Of a DNA stretch of 64,000 bases, positions 1 to 10,444 are shown piece after piece (within the stretch, counting starts at the first letter, position 1; every line of letters starts with the position of its first letter). The stretch comes from Andalucia godoyi And28 (taxonomy: Eukaryota; Protista; Jakobida): positions 224,972-288,971 of the forward strand of contig VRVR01000036.1 in the NCBI GenBank assembly GCA_009859145.1. Direction: 5' to 3'. Made by a program: the position numbers and the translations under genes. Under the pieces are notes generated by a model that saw only the letters and a list, made by a program, of their open reading frames with translations, made no database searches and was not told where the DNA came from.

Positions 1-1
1 A

Positions 2-3000
2 GTGGAAATGGAAGAGGACGAAAGTGAGATGGAGAACATGCCAGTTTCTTTTATTTGGGCGTTGTGCCATTCAGCTGATCCGCGTCTGGAGTCCCGGGCG
101 GCATCAGTTTTTGAAATTTGGTCGTCTAAACTGACCCTTGGGAAGTCCTTGGCTTCCGTCTTTGGATCAGAATCGGGTGAAGAAGCTGCGGTGTCCATTT
201 CAGAGGCGTCCAAAACAGCTTTTCCGTCTTCACCAAATCTGCACTCTCCCAGTGCATTATCGCCCGCTTCCCAGTCTCCACCGGGATGGTCACCCAGATC
301 GGTTTCCTCATCCCCGTCCAACGCCGCCAACCATTCTCCCGATGGGAGCCCGCTGCATAGCGGCAGCGTCGAAATGCGCCCGACCGCTGACGGGCCGTCT
401 CCAGGAGCAACTGAGATCTCAGCAACGCCGCCGCAAGCGCAAAGCAAGACGAAAAGCGAGCCTTCCTCATTTCCGTTCGTTCTGCCCGATAATGATGCAT
501 TCTATGACAAATTCGTTCGATCCGGGGCTCTCCGATCCTGTTTCGAATTGGCAATGGAAGGCCAGAGTCTGGAAGACCGTCTGAAATGTCTTCGCTGCGT
601 GCTGAAAGTAATTTCTGCAGAAGAAACCTTCTGGAAGGAGTTCGCACTCTTGTACAAGAAGATGCAAGAGGACAAGACTGCAGAGAAGAAGAAACGGCAG
701 ACGAAACGGTCGCAAAAACTCCAGAAAGAAAGAAGAGAGTACCGCCATCTTCTCGATACTTTGAAAAGGCGCGCGGCAAAGGAACGATATTTGACTGTCC
801 ACGGAATCTCCAAGCTGCTGAATGCATTTGTGCAGCACTGTGCTCATGCTTGGCAGGTAGGCACGGACGACGAAATCGAACTTCAGAGCATGGTGCTTGT
901 GAAACTGCTGCACATCTTGCCCGACCGCCTTCTTCCGACGTGGGATACCGAGCGAGTAGAGGTCCGTCCGATAGAGACTGTACGAACAGTTGCATTCGAC
1001 CAAGACCTCGCTCTCGAACATCTGTCCTATCTGATTCCGGACGCCGAGTCGGCCACCGTCTATTCCAGGAACGAGTCAAAGTGTCTCGCTATGATGCTTT
1101 CTCTGATCAAGGAAAAGACAGCAACGACTGCCGCCATTGCATGCTCTCAGTTTCTTGTTTTCTTATGCGAGCGGTGTTTGAAGAAAGCGGACGACTTTGC
1201 AAAGTCGCTGATGAACTACGTGGCAGAGCTTCTTCCACCTGTTTTCGAAAAGGTGCTTTCCTCACACACTAGGCAGCATACCAGCAGAGCTCCCGAGGTC
1301 GTGGTGGACGCAGAAATGAAACCGAGTGGTATTTCACTATCGGTTCCTGGATTTCACGATACAAAGCACCACTTTTCCATGCAAGTGGCGAAGAACATTT
1401 CATCCGTTACTTCTGCGTTGTTCAGGTATTGTTCGAATTGTTGGGTGGAAAGCGAGCGCTCCTTTTCGTTATCCGACTGGGAAAATCTTCGGGTGGCTTG
1501 GGCATCTCTGAAGTGGGGACTAGTGCACCAGGTCTTGTCTTTTGTGCATTCCGTCGATCACTCTGAGATTCGCAGACGGCTACGCGACGTTCTCTGTCTC
1601 GCAGCTGCGCTTGGAAAATCCGCATCTGCTATGACGTGGTCGCAGTCGCACTTTTGGAACTGGAGTCTCGCAAAGGAATTGCTGTCCACGAACGTCGCAG
1701 AGAAGCTGAAGCACACTCTTGTTCTCGAGTACGACATTCCAGAGAAAGCTGTCAACTGGAACGACCCGTCTGGAAATTGTGCTGCATTCGTGCGCGGTGT
1801 CCGATACTTGTCTGATTCGCAAGAAGTTTGGCAGCATGTACTCCTGTGTGCAGGCGAAATGTCCTCAGTCAGCGGAGAAGTTGCTCTGGCATTTTGCAGC
1901 GAGTGGGGATCCAGTCTTTCCCATTCTAAGCACAAAGACCCTTCCTGGAGTCTCATTTCAGTCATGTTGCAGAGTTTCTCTGTCTATGCCTTTCAATTCT
2001 TCTCTCTCGCTTGCCAGATGGGACCTCTACTGCACAGATTTCTTGTTTCGTCGCGTGTCTGTGATACAATTGTGGGCAATATTTTGAAAAGGAGACAGCT
2101 GGACGAGATTCAGCTGTGGAGACGCAGTTTTGATTTTTGCCGCGAACTTCATGTGGCCTTGCCAGAACAAATGCGTGAAGAAGAACTGGCAGAAGGAACG
2201 CTCATATCGCTCCGGCAGCAGGCCCTGCGATTCACCTTCACGCTCATTTCTGAAGGGGTGATGCTTGATCGAACTCTAGATGACAAGATGGCGGTGTCCA
2301 TCGCGCAATCAGGCGTCCTGCATCTTGCCGCCGCAAGCGCAAACTGCGGACTCTGGCTGTCTGCACAAGAACGCAGCAACCTCTCTGTTGATTCTTTGGT
2401 CGATGTCCGCGTCTTCTCCTACGCGATACTTCAGCACATCATACATCCACATCCTCGGTGCATCCAAAAGAGAATTGAGCAGCGCACCTTGCAGGGCCGC
2501 GACGTGCTGTACGGCATGTTTGAAAGGCAAAACAACGAGTCTGCGGACACACACACGCGACTGGCAGAAGCACACCAAGCGTTTGCCAACAGGATACTGA
2601 TCGAAGCATCTGGTGACTTGTCGTTGTTTGCATCCCTGTTGCACACGGCATTCGGCTGCCATCCTCGTACATTTGATCCCACGTTCGAAGGGGTGAAGAG
2701 ACTGCCGGAATGGGAAAGAGAGATGGCCGCGAATGCTGCGCCAACCGATATGGACCCGAATGAAATTCCTTTGGGTGAAATTGCAGATCACTTTGACGAG
2801 GCCTCGCTGGTGTTTTCAGAAGCAGACATTCTCAACGGTTCACCCCTTTTTCTGACGCGACAAGGCGGAAGAGGCAGCTCGAAGAAACGATTCATCTTCC
2901 ATTCCGAGAACGTCGCGTTTCTGTTTCTGAGCCTCGCAGATGATTTAGTCTCTCATCCTGTGGTCACCGCCGCCCTGACAGCCGCCATGCTTGCCAACCC

Positions 3001-4270
3001 AACCAAAGTTCTGGCTCCTCTGGATTCTCCGCAGTTTGCGACAGCAGTTTCCGGGCTGCTGCATTACGGATCGCTTCGCTGTCGAGGCTTGGTGCTTCGC
3101 TCTTTGCAATGCTTGGCGAGATTCGACGCATTTCAGCGATGGTCCGTGTCTTTCAAACTGGTAGACATCATGCTTCGCGAGGTGAACTATCCCAGGCATG
3201 TACCGGGAAAGGACCGAAAAAAGGCCCCTGATTCTTCGGAGCATGCTGCCGTGGTTGTCAGGACCGTTTCTCCGATCAGCCAGTTGGAAATTCTGTCCGC
3301 ACCGTACTTGCAGGCTCTTGTCTGCGATGACATCGAAGCAGCTATTGGGCTTTCCTTGATGCTTAGCCAGAACGAAATCGTGCTGTTCGACATGTTCCGT
3401 GAGGATCGAGTCGTTCGTCTGATTAAACAGTTCGCCCTCAATTCGCAGGCCTCGGGACGCATCGCGGAGCTTCATTCCGTCTCTGAAAATGAGCTTTTGA
3501 TCCGAGAGAAAAACTACACATACAACTTCCAGCTGATGCTGCGGTTCCTCCTTAGGATCAGCGAACTCCATTCTCGATGCGGTTATGTAGTTTCCCATGT
3601 CACGGACATTGTCTTTCAGCTGGCCGGCATGATCTTCACGTTTGTGTCTGAAAACATGGATGCCCGATCAGCCATGACCTCCTCTCGATCGAAACTCAGT
3701 TTAGACAGCTCGCGATCCGATCGATCCAGCAGGGTCCATGATCGTGTCAAAAACATCAAGTCTTCCCGCGACCGGCAGCAGCCGGAGCCGCGCATACCGG
3801 ATGCTGCTGTCGAGAATCTTTCGGACGAAGAAAAATGCGTTGTAACTGCTCTGAAAATACTCTGCAACCTGTCCACAGCAGACGACTCGAAGGGCGTGCT
3901 GCTCAGTCAGCTGGAGGAAATCTACGAGAAGGATGCATTCCGGTTGTTTCGCTGCGTTGTGCAACTAATGGGATCTCGACGAAGAAGTCTGGCACGTGAG
4001 GCATTCAAATTTGCCTCCACATGGATACTGACATCCAGCGTTCAAAGGACGTCGAGCACCAACGCGAATGCCCAAATCAAAGTCAAGCGATGGTTTTCTT
4101 TCGAGGCACTGTCGGAAACACTGGAACACATTGAAGATTACATCGCGCAACACAGCCCTGGTGAAGAGGAAGTCATTGGACTGCAGAACATGCGAGAGGT
4201 GCTCGACGCTTATGCGACGGCAGTTGGTGCTCGCCAGCTTCCACAGACAGTGCTTGCCGAAGACTCTTGA
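2..4270 (+). CDS. Large hypothetical protein (about 1,420 aa), Ser/Pro-rich N-terminus then mostly helical (possible alpha-solenoid) body; may be 5'-truncated by the window edge
   Basis: Uninterrupted 4.27-kb ORF open to the window start (first ATG at 8), TGA at 4268-4270. No family motif recognised. Confidence 0.8.
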   Translation: MEMEEDESEMENMPVSFIWALCHSADPRLESRAASVFEIWSSKLTLGKSLASVFGSESGEEAAVSISEASKTAFPSSPNLHSPSALSPASQSPPGWSPRSVSSSPSNAANHSPDGSPLHSGSVEMRPTADGPSPGATEISATPPQAQSKTKSEPSSFPFVLPDNDAFYDKFVRSGALRSCFELAMEGQSLEDRLKCLRCVLKVISAEETFWKEFALLYKKMQEDKTAEKKKRQTKRSQKLQKERREYRHLLDTLKRRAAKERYLTVHGISKLLNAFVQHCAHAWQVGTDDEIELQSMVLVKLLHILPDRLLPTWDTERVEVRPIETVRTVAFDQDLALEHLSYLIPDAESATVYSRNESKCLAMMLSLIKEKTATTAAIACSQFLVFLCERCLKKADDFAKSLMNYVAELLPPVFEKVLSSHTRQHTSRAPEVVVDAEMKPSGISLSVPGFHDTKHHFSMQVAKNISSVTSALFRYCSNCWVESERSFSLSDWENLRVAWASLKWGLVHQVLSFVHSVDHSEIRRRLRDVLCLAAALGKSASAMTWSQSHFWNWSLAKELLSTNVAEKLKHTLVLEYDIPEKAVNWNDPSGNCAAFVRGVRYLSDSQEVWQHVLLCAGEMSSVSGEVALAFCSEWGSSLSHSKHKDPSWSLISVMLQSFSVYAFQFFSLACQMGPLLHRFLVSSRVCDTIVGNILKRRQLDEIQLWRRSFDFCRELHVALPEQMREEELAEGTLISLRQQALRFTFTLISEGVMLDRTLDDKMAVSIAQSGVLHLAAASANCGLWLSAQERSNLSVDSLVDVRVFSYAILQHIIHPHPRCIQKRIEQRTLQGRDVLYGMFERQNNESADTHTRLAEAHQAFANRILIEASGDLSLFASLLHTAFGCHPRTFDPTFEGVKRLPEWEREMAANAAPTDMDPNEIPLGEIADHFDEASLVFSEADILNGSPLFLTRQGGRGSSKKRFIFHSENVAFLFLSLADDLVSHPVVTAALTAAMLANPTKVLAPLDSPQFATAVSGLLHYGSLRCRGLVLRSLQCLARFDAFQRWSVSFKLVDIMLREVNYPRHVPGKDRKKAPDSSEHAAVVVRTVSPISQLEILSAPYLQALVCDDIEAAIGLSLMLSQNEIVLFDMFREDRVVRLIKQFALNSQASGRIAELHSVSENELLIREKNYTYNFQLMLRFLLRISELHSRCGYVVSHVTDIVFQLAGMIFTFVSENMDARSAMTSSRSKLSLDSSRSDRSSRVHDRVKNIKSSRDRQQPEPRIPDAAVENLSDEEKCVVTALKILCNLSTADDSKGVLLSQLEEIYEKDAFRLFRCVVQLMGSRRRSLAREAFKFASTWILTSSVQRTSSTNANAQIKVKRWFSFEALSETLEHIEDYIAQHSPGEEEVIGLQNMREVLDAYATAVGARQLPQTVLAEDS

Positions 4271-4415
4271 TCTCCAGAACCATGGGAAACATGGTGCATG
4301 CGTGCGTGCAAGTTGGGTGTGTGCCAGGTTCGGCAATATGCACCAATATCGTTTTCCAGTCCTTTCATCGTTTCATTAAATTACAATACTTACACTCACT
4401 CTTACACACGCTCTT

Positions 4416-6671
4416 TCAGGAGGAAGAAGAAGAAGAAGAAGAAGCAAACTTCGGGAATCGAGAGGCCGCCGCAGCATTTTCAACATCCAAGAGCATTCGA
4501 TAACAGCTCTTCTGTCGAACTGTGTCATCCAAAAGGGAGTACAGATCAGCAAGTCGCTTTCGGTGCAGCAGAAGCTGTTCGGACAACTCGCGCGATTCTA
4601 CATCAACCACTGCGCCACCATCGTTTGCATGCTCAAGAAGTGACCGGTAGCAGCTAAGATCTGCATCGTCCGAAGCATTTTCGGTGGATGACGAGGCCGA
4701 AGAAAGTGCAGAGTCCGCAGAAACAAGAGTCTGCAGTTCTTTCAACAACCCGGATCGCAGTTCTTCTCGAATCAAGTCTTGCACCACGGAACTGGGTTCG
4801 ACAACCGGCGGTGTCTCCGACTCAGCGGCCATGGCCTGCATCTCAAGAGCAACGAGGTAGCTCACATGACTGTTCTTGCAACTCTCCACATACGCCTGTG
4901 GAACACTCCGAATCACCGGGAGATCCCTTCTCCATTGTGGAAGCGCGTCCCGCGCACCTTGGCGGTGCTTCTTGGCCAACCGATCACGCTCCCCCACATC
5001 AGATGCATGTGCGAACACTTCCGAGTCCACCGAATTGCTGTCCACGAGCGAATCATCCTCCGGAGATGCGCGCTTCTGCGGACCAGTTACAACAGACTTG
5101 CGGTTCTTGGGTGGAGGAAGCGAAGAGAGAGACTTTTGCAAGCGAAACTGGGCTTCCATCGCGCTGAAACTACTGCTATCGTGTTGTTTCGAAAGTGCTT
5201 GCCTCACCACTGGCGTAAGCTGAACAGTGGGCTCCAATGCGTGGGGCACATTTCTGTCACTGGAACCTCGTAATTTGGATGCCATGCTGCCAGAAGAGGC
5301 TTGCTTCAGCAGTTCTTCGGATGCCGCATCCACATGCGCAAACGGTGCGGGCATGTGCTGCGTAAAATGTGTATCTCGAACCTTTTCCAGCAGCCTTGCA
5401 CGTTGCGTTTGAGTGGCAGAGACCGGCTCCGTCAAGGATCGAATGGCCGCCGTCATCGTGATGTCGTCCTTTGCTGATGACGCATTCTGAGAACTTGCGA
5501 ACCCAATCTTGTTCAGATGGCTCCATTCCTGCTCGCCGAGCTGCGGTGCCGGCAGAACCAAGATCGGTCGAGACGGCACTTCCACCCCAAACTTGTTCAA
5601 AACATCCGCACCCTTAGATTGTTCTATACCCCTGTCTCTCTGGTTGCCTCTATCCTCGTCGTTCAGTTCCTCGTTGTCTTGGCCTGTGCGAGATTTTGGG
5701 CGCTTTGTGCCTTGCGAAACCCGCAGAGATTCTCGATTTCGGTCGAGCACACTCCTGACATAGGTCCTTCGATCTGTCATCTTTTCTTCGAGCTCTTGAT
5801 TTTCGCCTTCCACGTCATACGGTCCAAGATTCCCAGCCGCATTCTGATTCAACAGAGCCAATCGCAGTCGATTTTCCTCTTCCATCTCTGCCCTTGCGCT
5901 CATCTTGGCTCTCTTTTTCCGATTTTCAAAAACGGGGATTCCCGCAGCCCGCAATTCTCGCTCTTTTTGCAGTTGTGCAGTCCGCTTTGCTTCTTCCAAT
6001 ATCTGTTCTCTGGCCTTCCGACGCGCTTTTTTGCCCATGGTGTTTGCCAAGCGCGCCTGCGCCTCTGCCAGCATTTCCTTTTCCGCTTCATCCATATCTA
6101 CAGCATCGGGCTTCGCAGGCATCGTCTCCGGGTTCTTCATTTCCTGGAGCACAGAACTATGCCCCGTCGCAGAACCAAGCGTTTGCTGCATGATCTTCCC
6201 CAGCTGCGTTGCGTTGACCTGATTACTTCCACCGGGATGATGCTGTGAATGATGATGGTGATGTTGCTGACGCCCACTTCTGCTTCCTGCTGTTGTTGCT
6301 GCTGCTGCTGCTGGATGGCTGGAAAGGGCCTTCAGCGCCGGATCAAGCGCTCTGTCAAGCAATACTTGATAGTGCTCCAAACACATCGTTGCCGTCCGTC
6401 CTCCGCCCAGTGCCTCCGAGATTGTTTTCCACTGATTGGGAAAGATCGAAGCGAGCTGAGCCAGCTTTTCTTCTTGGGACGGCGTCCAATCTCCTTTCTG
6501 AATCGACGGATCAAGCCACTCATCCCAGCGCATTTTGCACTGCCGCGCAGACTTTCGAGGAATCAGAGACGCAACACGGTCCCAGTTGTGAAGACCATAC
6601 TTTTGAACACCAGCTTTCAGCACCTCATCCTCCGAGTTTTTCCAGTGGCCGCCCTTCACATAGATTCTCAT
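4416..6671 (-). CDS. CDC5L: Pre-mRNA splicing factor CDC5L/Cef1 (Myb repeats)
   Basis: N-terminus MRIYVKGGHWKNSEDEVLKAGVQKYGLHNWDRVASLIPRKSARQCKMRWDEWLDPSI, then ETMPAKPDAVDMDEAEKEMLAEAQARLANTMGKKARRKARE, both characteristic CDC5 blocks. Confidence 0.97.
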   Translation of the reverse strand: MRIYVKGGHWKNSEDEVLKAGVQKYGLHNWDRVASLIPRKSARQCKMRWDEWLDPSIQKGDWTPSQEEKLAQLASIFPNQWKTISEALGGGRTATMCLEHYQVLLDRALDPALKALSSHPAAAAATTAGSRSGRQQHHHHHSQHHPGGSNQVNATQLGKIMQQTLGSATGHSSVLQEMKNPETMPAKPDAVDMDEAEKEMLAEAQARLANTMGKKARRKAREQILEEAKRTAQLQKERELRAAGIPVFENRKKRAKMSARAEMEEENRLRLALLNQNAAGNLGPYDVEGENQELEEKMTDRRTYVRSVLDRNRESLRVSQGTKRPKSRTGQDNEELNDEDRGNQRDRGIEQSKGADVLNKFGVEVPSRPILVLPAPQLGEQEWSHLNKIGFASSQNASSAKDDITMTAAIRSLTEPVSATQTQRARLLEKVRDTHFTQHMPAPFAHVDAASEELLKQASSGSMASKLRGSSDRNVPHALEPTVQLTPVVRQALSKQHDSSSFSAMEAQFRLQKSLSSLPPPKNRKSVVTGPQKRASPEDDSLVDSNSVDSEVFAHASDVGERDRLAKKHRQGARDALPQWRRDLPVIRSVPQAYVESCKNSHVSYLVALEMQAMAAESETPPVVEPSSVVQDLIREELRSGLLKELQTLVSADSALSSASSSTENASDDADLSCYRSLLEHANDGGAVVDVESRELSEQLLLHRKRLADLYSLLDDTVRQKSCYRMLLDVENAAAASRFPKFASSSSSSSS

Positions 6672-7097
6672 TTCCCCAATCTATACTTCTCCAAACAGTG
6701 AATCCGAAACACCCAAAGTCGTTAATTTAATTTAAAATTATTATATAAGAAGCAACGAAATGACGCAAGTTGGAGACACAAGGTTGTGTGAATGACGAAG
6801 GGGGGGAACGAAGGAGAAAAATGAAGGGCCTCGAGTAGCTGCGTGAGGCATTCTTGGGAGTTGTACGATAGCACTAGCACAATAATGTCGTAACCGTTTT
6901 GACGGATATTTTTTTGCTGTCGTTTTTTAATTATTAAAAAAAATAAAAATATAAAGACTATTTGTCTTTCTTTATTTTTCTCATTTCGTTCTGTTATTTC
7001 TCCCTTTTTTTATTAAATTTATGACTTTTATTTTCTTTCTTTCTTTCGTTTAGCAAGGTTTTCTTTTTGGCAAGGAAAAAAATAATTTTGAGAATCA

Positions 7098-7928
7098 ATG
7101 GCGTCATATAAACCGGTGACACGAGTTGGGAACTGGGCGGAGGAGCAGAGTCTGCAGGATTTGCAACTGACGACGTTTCTAAAGGCGCGTGATGCTGGAT
7201 GCTTGCCGGCCCAAAAGCTGGCGGACCACCGATCGCAGCATCAAGCGTTTGTGCAGGTCTCCACCTCGAGTGATGGAAATTTGCACTACGGAGACACGAT
7301 TCTTCTCATGAGCGCCGAGACCTCGGGTTTTGTCGCGTCCGATTTTAGCGATCCGCCCGAGTGCCAACGGGAGCTTGCGGCAGCCGTCACGACTACGGCC
7401 GTTGCGGAATTTCCGATGAAGCGATGTGCGTTTGTCGTGGTTCCTTATTCGAAAGAAGCGGCTCCGGGATCGCCCTCGGCATCTGCCGGCCTGGCACCCA
7501 TTGACAAGGATGGACAGCCTGTCCGGTTTGGCGATTTGGTCACGCTTCGGTCCGTTCTTACGCCCGAGTCTGTTTTGTTCTCGCAGCGCCAGTCTGCACT
7601 GTCCTTTGCACGTGTCAGCCATGCACAAGAGGTCTTTCTGGCCCCGTTCCCCAGCCGGTATGAGGCTGCGTGGCAGTTCATTTTTGCCGATCCGTCGTAC
7701 AGGGTCGAAATGGAAGGCGAGATTGTCAGAGTCAACGTCCCCGTCATTCTCCAGCATGCGGCCACGCGGCAGCTCCTGTGCTCGTCAACGTCCGTTCGCT
7801 ATCCAAATACCTTTGGAAGAGAATACGAGGTTTGCTGCGCGATCAAGAAGAACGTCCACAAGGTCGAGGAAAAATGCCATGTTTTTATCCCGGTTGCACA
7901 AGCCGATGCGCCTTCTCAACAGCAATAA
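7098..7928 (+). CDS. CFAP161: Cilia- and flagella-associated protein 161-like
   Basis: YKPVTRVGNWAEEQSLQDLQLTTFLKARDAG, LHYGDTILL and YPNTFGREYEVCC match the CFAP161/C15orf26 pattern. Confidence 0.85.
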   Translation: MASYKPVTRVGNWAEEQSLQDLQLTTFLKARDAGCLPAQKLADHRSQHQAFVQVSTSSDGNLHYGDTILLMSAETSGFVASDFSDPPECQRELAAAVTTTAVAEFPMKRCAFVVVPYSKEAAPGSPSASAGLAPIDKDGQPVRFGDLVTLRSVLTPESVLFSQRQSALSFARVSHAQEVFLAPFPSRYEAAWQFIFADPSYRVEMEGEIVRVNVPVILQHAATRQLLCSSTSVRYPNTFGREYEVCCAIKKNVHKVEEKCHVFIPVAQADAPSQQQ

Positions 7929-8023
7929 GAACTGAGTAATTAAAAATAAAAAAAATAAAAAATAAAAACATAAGTGCAAGAAGAACAAGAAGAAGAAATG
8001 GCGATAGAAGAAGACGGCGAAGA

Positions 8024-9913
8024 CTATGGGCTGAAAAAATCACAAAGGGCGGTGATCCAAGTCGCAGCAGCAGCAGCCCCAGCATCCATCTCTCCACGCG
8101 CCAACTCGGGATTGACGTAGGCCGCACGGCCTGCGGAGGGAGCCATGCCACGAGTTTGCTCCGCCCCATTCTGCGCGGCTTGTTTCACACGTTGCATGAG
8201 ACTCGACATGGCAACGGAGTCGCACCCCATTGGAGATCCTGAGGCTGCAGGCGGAGCAGCGGAAACTGCAGCGTGAGTGGAGAGAACCGAGAGGACAGGA
8301 AGAAGAGAATCAAGCATGGTGCGGTCTCCAGCTTTGGCCTTCCCAAACTTTTGCACGGCTTGCAGTGCCGAAGACAGCGCCGTGTGCATCACAACCACGG
8401 GATCATTCAAGTGCTCTGCATCGATGGTCAAGACTGCAGTGCCCGCAGCCGCAAACATCAGCGCGTACAGAACGCCCGATGTTCCGCCGACTAGCGCCCC
8501 GATTTCATGCGCTACGCGAAGGCACAGTACGGACACATCGCTCGAGAGCGATCCGTTCGAGCAGGAAAAGAGATCCGTAGACGCCACAACCGTCAGTGCT
8601 GCTTGCGAAATTGCAGAAAATGAAAGGCCTGCGTCGCCATCTCCGGCGATTGTGTCCAATCTTGTGAGTTCCGCGGTTGTGGAAAGCAGCGCATTGCACG
8701 CGCTGAAAGCTGCATTCCTGATGCGCTGCCGTCTTCGTTCGAGTTTGCTGCTTTCCCCACCGGTGATGACGGCCGGGGGCCCTGAATTCACACCAGATAT
8801 GTTGTGCTCTGGTCTCTGTGTGGCAGCAAGCGGAGCGACGATAGACAAGCTGTTGAGCGAGGAAGTGCTTCCTTTGCCACCAAACGTTGATGGCCAAGAC
8901 GGAGCCATTGTGGGGGCATCAAGACATTGTGCGACATTCATTTCGCCTGCAATTTCAAGATCGGCGGGAAGGACGCTGATGGAAAAGCCGCGCATGTCCA
9001 GCGACGTCATGATTGCGCCGCTGATAAATCTGAGCACTGCGAAGCCTGCACTTTGCAAAGCGTGGAATGTGCTCTTGCATGCAACGCCCATTTCCAAGTT
9101 GGAAAGCCCTCCGAGATTATTGACAAACACTGCGAGATTTCGAGTCGCACTTGGGGCTGCCTTTTCTGCAAGCTTGGCAACCAGGCTTGCGGCGAGCGCA
9201 TCCGCTGTGGGTAAGAAGTTCAGGACAAGCGCACCTGGCTCCCCATGAATTCCAAGTCCGACTTCCACAGACGTTTCCGGCTGATCCAACCGAGTGGATC
9301 TGGGAACTCCTGGAACAGTGCACACTGACAAACTTGCGCCAATGGACAGTACATGGCTGGAGGCGCTCTGTGCTGCAAGCGTAACCGTTTCCAAAGATGC
9401 TTTCGACGCCGCAACAGCTGCGGCGCACTTGTGCACGAGCACCGTCCCTGCAATTCCGCGATTACCGATCTTGGACTCTGTGAGTGCAATATCGTCTGCA
9501 ACGAACACCACGGATATCTCGATTCCAAGCTCGGATGTTGCAAACTGAGAAGCAAGACCAAATGCAAGACGGTCTCCTGTATAGTTCTTCACAATCAACA
9601 GCACCCCGCATTTCGTGAACTGGCATACGTACCGGATTGCAGCAAGGATCGCGTGCACGTGAGGAGACGCAAACACATCTCCGGACACCGCAGCCGTCAG
9701 CAAGCCGTCAGCAACAAGTCCAACATGCGAAGGCTCGTGTCCAGCACCACCGCCCGAGATAATCGCAACCTCATCCGCAGGAATGACCCGTCGTGCAACT
9801 ACTTTTGTTCCCGGGTACCCGTCCAATCGAACCAGATCTGGACGACTCAGCAAATATCCATCTATCGAATCCGTCACAACCGACTGAACATCATTGCAAA
9901 GACTCTTGCTCAT
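8024..9913 (-). CDS. DAK: Dihydroxyacetone kinase / triokinase (DhaK-DhaL fusion)
   Basis: VAIISGGGAGHEPSH, GDVFASP, VKNYTGDRL, GLGIHGEPG, LDTIAGDGDAG, GDRTMLDSL, GRAAYV. First ATG (MSKSLCND) at 9913; the track start is an upstream non-ATG codon. Confidence 0.96.
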   Translation of the reverse strand: MSKSLCNDVQSVVTDSIDGYLLSRPDLVRLDGYPGTKVVARRVIPADEVAIISGGGAGHEPSHVGLVADGLLTAAVSGDVFASPHVHAILAAIRYVCQFTKCGVLLIVKNYTGDRLAFGLASQFATSELGIEISVVFVADDIALTESKIGNRGIAGTVLVHKCAAAVAASKASLETVTLAAQSASSHVLSIGASLSVCTVPGVPRSTRLDQPETSVEVGLGIHGEPGALVLNFLPTADALAASLVAKLAEKAAPSATRNLAVFVNNLGGLSNLEMGVACKSTFHALQSAGFAVLRFISGAIMTSLDMRGFSISVLPADLEIAGEMNVAQCLDAPTMAPSWPSTFGGKGSTSSLNSLSIVAPLAATQRPEHNISGVNSGPPAVITGGESSKLERRRQRIRNAAFSACNALLSTTAELTRLDTIAGDGDAGLSFSAISQAALTVVASTDLFSCSNGSLSSDVSVLCLRVAHEIGALVGGTSGVLYALMFAAAGTAVLTIDAEHLNDPVVVMHTALSSALQAVQKFGKAKAGDRTMLDSLLPVLSVLSTHAAVSAAPPAASGSPMGCDSVAMSSLMQRVKQAAQNGAEQTRGMAPSAGRAAYVNPELARGEMDAGAAAAATWITALCDFFSP

Positions 9914-10444
9914 CGCCCAGCACTCGCCAAATATACTACCAACCAACAATAACCAACATCAATAACAATAACAACAATAATAATAGTAATAATGAAGAGT
10001 ATTGAAGAGATAAACAAATGAAAGTATGCAAAGTGGATTTGTCGTTTCCACTTATTGCGATATGACGAAGCAGTCTAAAGCGCACGTAAGCAAAAACACT
10101 GCCACGCGCCGTGCGAATGTGTTTGTTACGGTATCTTGACAATTCCGTCACACGATGCCCGATTCGTTTCGCCTCCCATTTTGATCATGGAATCCCTATA
10201 CATACGCCGCCGCGTTGCATTATGCATGTTGCTGGGTTGCAACATTGATCATGGGTGATCAGCGATGATTATCGGTGGTTCGTGTACAATGTAGGCACCA
10301 GAACGAGAACCATGCATCAAAAATATTAGCAGAATGTGCGTATTTCCGGGTGGGTTTTTGCCAAGTTAACATGCGTGTTTATTTTTTATTATTATGGTTG
10401 TTGCAAGTGACGCATTGTTGCATGTCTTGCTCCATGGGATCTCG

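Noticed and set aside
6721-6910. TGACG/ACGT (CRE/bZIP-like) motifs in several spacers (6761, 6793, 6900, 10063, 13483, 38259)
   Set aside because: A 5-mer occurs often by chance; enrichment cannot be shown without counting.
8277-9248. 323-aa plus-strand ORF and other long ORFs opposite DAK, CDC5L, CASP and the APC permease
   Set aside because: Fully antisense to well-supported genes, with the composition expected of shadows.
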